DNA of 63,947 bases, filler included, from Perkinsus olseni (taxonomy: Eukaryota): NCBI GenBank assembly GCA_013115125.1. It is 5 parts of 5 records of this genome, joined end to end, with 100 filler letters (N's around TTAATTAATTAA, not from the genome) between each part and the next. Parts side by side here need not be neighbours in the genome. Positions count along the whole stretch, not along the records: positions 51,645 to 63,947 come from JABANN010000796.1; 4 more parts are not named here. The stretch is one strand, 5' to 3'. The translations under genes were made by a program, and so were the position numbers. The notes below the pieces were generated by a model that was not told where the DNA came from, did not search any database, and was given only the letters and a program-made list of their open reading frames with translations. Shown one piece after another: positions 59,786 through 63,947 of the stretch; position 1 is the first letter of the stretch; the number at the start of each line of letters is the position of its first letter.

Positions 59786-60667
59786 CATTTTGACCCAACT
59801 GTTTAGAGTTTTGCTGGGGGAAGAGTGGAGTGCATAGTGTTATCATAGTAGGACAGGAGAGGTTTTCGGAGACTTTGCTGGAAATTCCCGAGAGTAGAGA
59901 CTCTCGGCTGCGAAGCGCCGGACCTTGCCAAGGTCAAGGTCACCTTGACCCGCGACAGAAACAGCAAGTGGAAAAGGAGCGAAATGGGCGACCACGAGTC
60001 CGCGACGGAACGCTAGGTAGCCACACGGGGCCTTGGCATGCACCACTCGTGAGCACGCGTCCCCGTCTGGCGACGTTGAAGCTATCGATCACCTTCGAGC
60101 GACGCCTAGTGGGATAGCTAATACTAACCTCTATCTGCAAACGCGCCAATAGTCATCGGCAATATGCGTCGGTGTGTAGCTTGAAGTAATCAAAAAAGGC
60201 TGCTATGACGATCGCGGGAAAGACTCCTTATAGTTACTACTCCGCTATACAAACAATTGCGTATCTCCCTCATGCTACTACGACCCTCCAACAGCTCGCT
60301 GTGCTACTTTCCCCACTGAGGAGTCCTCCGCTTAAGAAACACAAAATCTTCTATTAATGCTGTGTATGAGACAATGTTGAACAATGACAGCTATGGCTAT
60401 AAATTTCAAACGACGATAAGTTCACCGTAGAGACGCGAGGAGTTGCGCCGAGGAGAAAAAATGTCCTTCACGGTGAGAAAGGCCTTTGTACTTCCGTGTT
60501 GAGAAGTATGACATGAAGTTATGGTTTTAGGCGCGAGATGAGGGAAAGGAAGTAATCAAAACTGCGTCCTAGCTGCAGAATGTCAATTATCGATCCTCCT
60601 CGCCCAGCACAGGCGATGGAGTAATAGAGAGTTTAAATACTACCGAAGGTGAGGACTCGAGCAACGA

Positions 60668-62056
60668 CTAGTCCAGCAAACCAACGCGCTTGGCGGCGCG
60701 CAGGCCACGGGATCTGGAGGAGAGCCATTCAATGGCATATTTGATAGTTCTGAGAGGATTGATGGCGCCCCCTCGTATACTCTGGGGCAGATCTTCTGGC
60801 AGTGCACAGTCGACGTGGTCCACGTTCGCCATCACCATACTCTTAGCCATCCTTGGATCCACATCCATTGACAGAAGGATAGCAATCAGACCAGCAACCA
60901 GCGGTTGTGCGGCTGACGTACCGTTGAAATACCTCAACTCACCCTTCTCGTCACGACCGGTGAAGATATTGTTACCGTAAGCTGCGACGTCCACCCTAAT
61001 ACCCCAGTTGGTGATAGGATTGAGAACATTATGGGTCCTATTGCTGTACATGTAAGCGACGCACATAGAGGTAGGGCCACCGAAGCAACAAGGGTACATG
61101 TCGTGTACCTCGCTGAACTGATTGCCTGCTGAGGACACCATAAAGATGCCGCTCCGATGCACAGCATAAAGTGCTCTCATTAAAACGTTACGCTGGGCGT
61201 GCTCCAGATCACTGAGCTCCCACCCCACGGACATTGAGAGCATATCCACTTTCACATCAATAGCCAAGTCGAGGGCTTCCACATACCTAGACAAGGTCTC
61301 TCCAGGTGTGTCACCGAACACTTGTAGTGGTACCAACGTAACATTAGGAGCCATTCCAGCGATGCCGAACGAGTTGTTCCCTTTAGCCGCCAAAATCTTG
61401 CACACCTTTGTTCCGTGGGAGTCTTTGTTCGTCAAGATCGGCGAATTCGTGACAAAGTTCCACCCTCCTTCCAAATAGCCACCACTCTGCTTTTTTAGTT
61501 TGCCTTTCAAGAGAGCGAAATCGGGGTCCTTCCAGTCTATACCAGAGTCCGTGACGGCCACCGTGATCTTCCTCTTGACATGTGGAAGAGCCAGTCGCCA
61601 GACTTCACCCATTCGCATCCATTTCAAATGCTCCTGGTAGCCGGCATCAGCATCGTTCACATGCAAATCACTATCATAATGGACAGGCTTTTGGCTTTGG
61701 GTTTTCGGCTGACTTCTTCCGCCGAACGCCTCCCCGTTGGCATCTCCAGAGCATTCAGCTCGCAATGAAAGATTGCTGCAGGTCGTAGTCACGAAATTGC
61801 AGAGAGTGTCGCTGTCGATGGTAGAGGCTGACGTCTTAACCACTTGCAAGTGGACGAACTCCAGAGTCGTGATCTCAGCGGTCCCCAGGAAAGAGGCAAC
61901 CTTCTCGTCAGGGGTATGACCGGCTTTCCTCAGCATTTGAGGCAGACGACGAACGTCAACATCACCGTCACCAGACTCAATGCATACTATAGTGTCACTT
62001 GGAGGAGCCGTGGCGCCCACCAGCGAGGCGAAAGTAACTACGGGAGAGATGCGCAT
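60668..62056 (-). CDS. Subtilisin-like serine protease (S8), intronless, secreted
   Basis: Catalytic triad motifs VAVTDSG, DSHGT and NGTSAAQPLVAG, oxyanion SAGN, and N-terminal MRISPVVTFASLVGA. Confidence 0.93.
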   Translation of the reverse strand: MRISPVVTFASLVGATAPPSDTIVCIESGDGDVDVRRLPQMLRKAGHTPDEKVASFLGTAEITTLEFVHLQVVKTSASTIDSDTLCNFVTTTCSNLSLRAECSGDANGEAFGGRSQPKTQSQKPVHYDSDLHVNDADAGYQEHLKWMRMGEVWRLALPHVKRKITVAVTDSGIDWKDPDFALLKGKLKKQSGGYLEGGWNFVTNSPILTNKDSHGTKVCKILAAKGNNSFGIAGMAPNVTLVPLQVFGDTPGETLSRYVEALDLAIDVKVDMLSMSVGWELSDLEHAQRNVLMRALYAVHRSGIFMVSSAGNQFSEVHDMYPCCFGGPTSMCVAYMYSNRTHNVLNPITNWGIRVDVAAYGNNIFTGRDEKGELRYFNGTSAAQPLVAGLIAILLSMDVDPRMAKSMVMANVDHVDCALPEDLPQSIRGGAINPLRTIKYAIEWLSSRSRGLRAAKRVGLLD

Positions 62057-63947
62057 GAAAAAAGCTGGAAAGCGATAAGCCTGAGTGGCAGCTGCAAGTC
62101 TATGCTGCCAGGACGGTACGATACCGCCGGTATCCTGGGATGCGGGATAATCGGAGGGCATGCCCATTGAGCGGGGCGCCTGCTGCTTCGTTACGTTGCA
62201 CACGGGCGGGTGGTATCATAGTCGATTCGTCGTAGTGATATCGGATACCAGACGACGAAGGCTCCAGGTGGTACAGTCGCGTCACTCGGTGTGACCTCCC
62301 TGCTAGCCAGCAACGGAGGACGCGCCCATCTCTCGTCACGTCACCGCGTTACGCGCGCTCCGGTGGTGGTGGTTGAACTGATTCGGAAACTCATCATCGA
62401 TCCTGGGACCGCATGCCACACGGCAGAGTCTACTCCAGGATTGAACCGATTCGATTCTGAGATATGGAGTCGGCTAATCGAATAACCTCTTTCGCCATTC
62501 AGCCGTCAGCGGCGAGGACCTTCTGGAAGCACCCAAGGACAACTCAGCAGGGGAACGATGGCATTTTCGCAGACTGCAACTCTAGACGAGCTTGTTCACC
62601 ATGAGGAAACAGACCAGGTCTAGCGACACATCTCGAACGTTCTCTCGAACAAACTCGGAGATCTTCGCGGAAAGCTACAAGAGCTCCCATGAGTTGATTG
62701 TAGCATTCCCAGCGGCCCGATGGCAGCCGGTGTCACCGACCCGGTGATGCACTCGTTGGCGGACCGTTTTGGCGAAGATGTAAATCGACCGCCTTTATCT
62801 CACCCTATATAGGGAGAGGAAGGCGTGTCAGGTCGGTACGACAGGGAGCCCGAACCACGTGGCTAGAACGTTGGGAATTGAAATTTCCAACTCCACGTGC
62901 TTTATGATGTGCACGCGCAGAGTATGCCTCGCAATTCTTTCCCAATCGGCTTGACTGCTCGGGTCCCATGGTAGTATCTGTAACTATCTACAGATTGAGT
63001 CCTGATCATCGATCATTTCTATGCCTCGCCCTCGCTAATAACGAGCAGGCTGAACAGCGCGAGTTCGTTATGGATCTGGCAATCTCACATCAGTAGGCTA
63101 TTATGAGCCGATGACTCCCGATCGAAGTCCTCAGAACACAGAGTGGATCATGGATCATTGACTTGTTACATGACTCATGTAACATGAGAGGCGGGATGCT
63201 CACCAAGTGCCGCAAGGACAAATGAGAGGGGAGCGGCACATCAAGAATCTAGAGCTGCCCGACATGAGCTGCTGTACTTCCTGGTTAATCTTACTCGAGC
63301 GGCCAGGGTGTAGGCGAAGTTTTTCCTCGAACTTCTGTGACGAAGGAACCCTAACTTAAGTAACGCAAGCCCATCAATAGCAGTTGAAATCAATCTAAGT
63401 TGTGATGGTAGAGGCTGTTAGCGACATGATGGCTGAGGAACTACAGGAAATATAAAGAATACCTGCAGCGGTGCGACGACGACCACAATTCCGTCACTGA
63501 GCGAAACGAGCTAAGACGAGTCTCCTTCCGGGGACTCCCGATTCAAAGAGCCCAACTGACAGTACGTGGACCAGGAGAACCTCGTGAGGGGGAAATGCAG
63601 TCATAGCGAACCAGAAGGGTTGAATGAAACCGAAAAATCCTCGTTGCCCAGCAAGTGGGCCTTGGCTTATCGAGTATGGGCGACCCCTGCTCTGTATGAG
63701 CAATAGGGATCTGAAAAAAGGCGGCGCTGAGAACCACAATCACTCAACCGAAGCAAAGCCAGTTCCATCATGCAGGCTGCGTTGCTTTGAGGAAACCCAG
63801 CTGATGGCGCGTTCGACAGCCTTGAGAACGTTGAGAGGTCCACCTTTAATTCTGTGGGGATACCTTTCAGGATTCATATACAGGGTGTTCCAATTCGATA
63901 TGCAAATCACAAAAATCAGTCTAATTCAGCACATACTACGTGTTTGA

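Noticed and set aside
62480-63947. Possible genes at the window end
   Set aside because: Only short or stop-interrupted frames with no recognisable motifs.

Overview
This is eukaryotic, intron-rich genomic DNA, most consistent with the alveolate parasite genus Perkinsus (inferred from about 50-nt GT-AG introns, compact co-directional genes, lineage-type secreted proteins and a subtilisin). The window is not one locus. It is five contigs of about 12.8 kb (1-12837, 12938-25773, 25874-38665, 38766-51544, 51645-end) joined by artificial N44-TTAATTAATTAA-N44 linkers. Recognisable genes: two paralogous secreted proteins (one frameshifted), a Ca2+/H+ exchanger (CAX), a class-3 lipase, a tail-anchored TPR protein, two tandem alpha/beta-hydrolases, a SAM methyltransferase, cytosolic leucyl-tRNA synthetase, a tandem array of four MFS transporters, syntaxin-16, an SSSCA1/ZNRD2-like protein, a CCT-like protein, a degenerate ABCC transporter and a subtilisin. 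The most unusual non-coding signals: (1) several spliceosomal introns in unrelated genes are built largely from, or begin with, tRNA 3'-half (T-arm) sequences, in either orientation; (2) CAX introns are expanded by tandem copies of their own splice junctions; (3) contig 2 is bounded by a roughly 370-bp inverted repeat; (4) there are two TA-flanked MITE types and a DIRS/Ngaro-like RT relic inside an intron. Exon boundaries were read by eye and no database searches were run.
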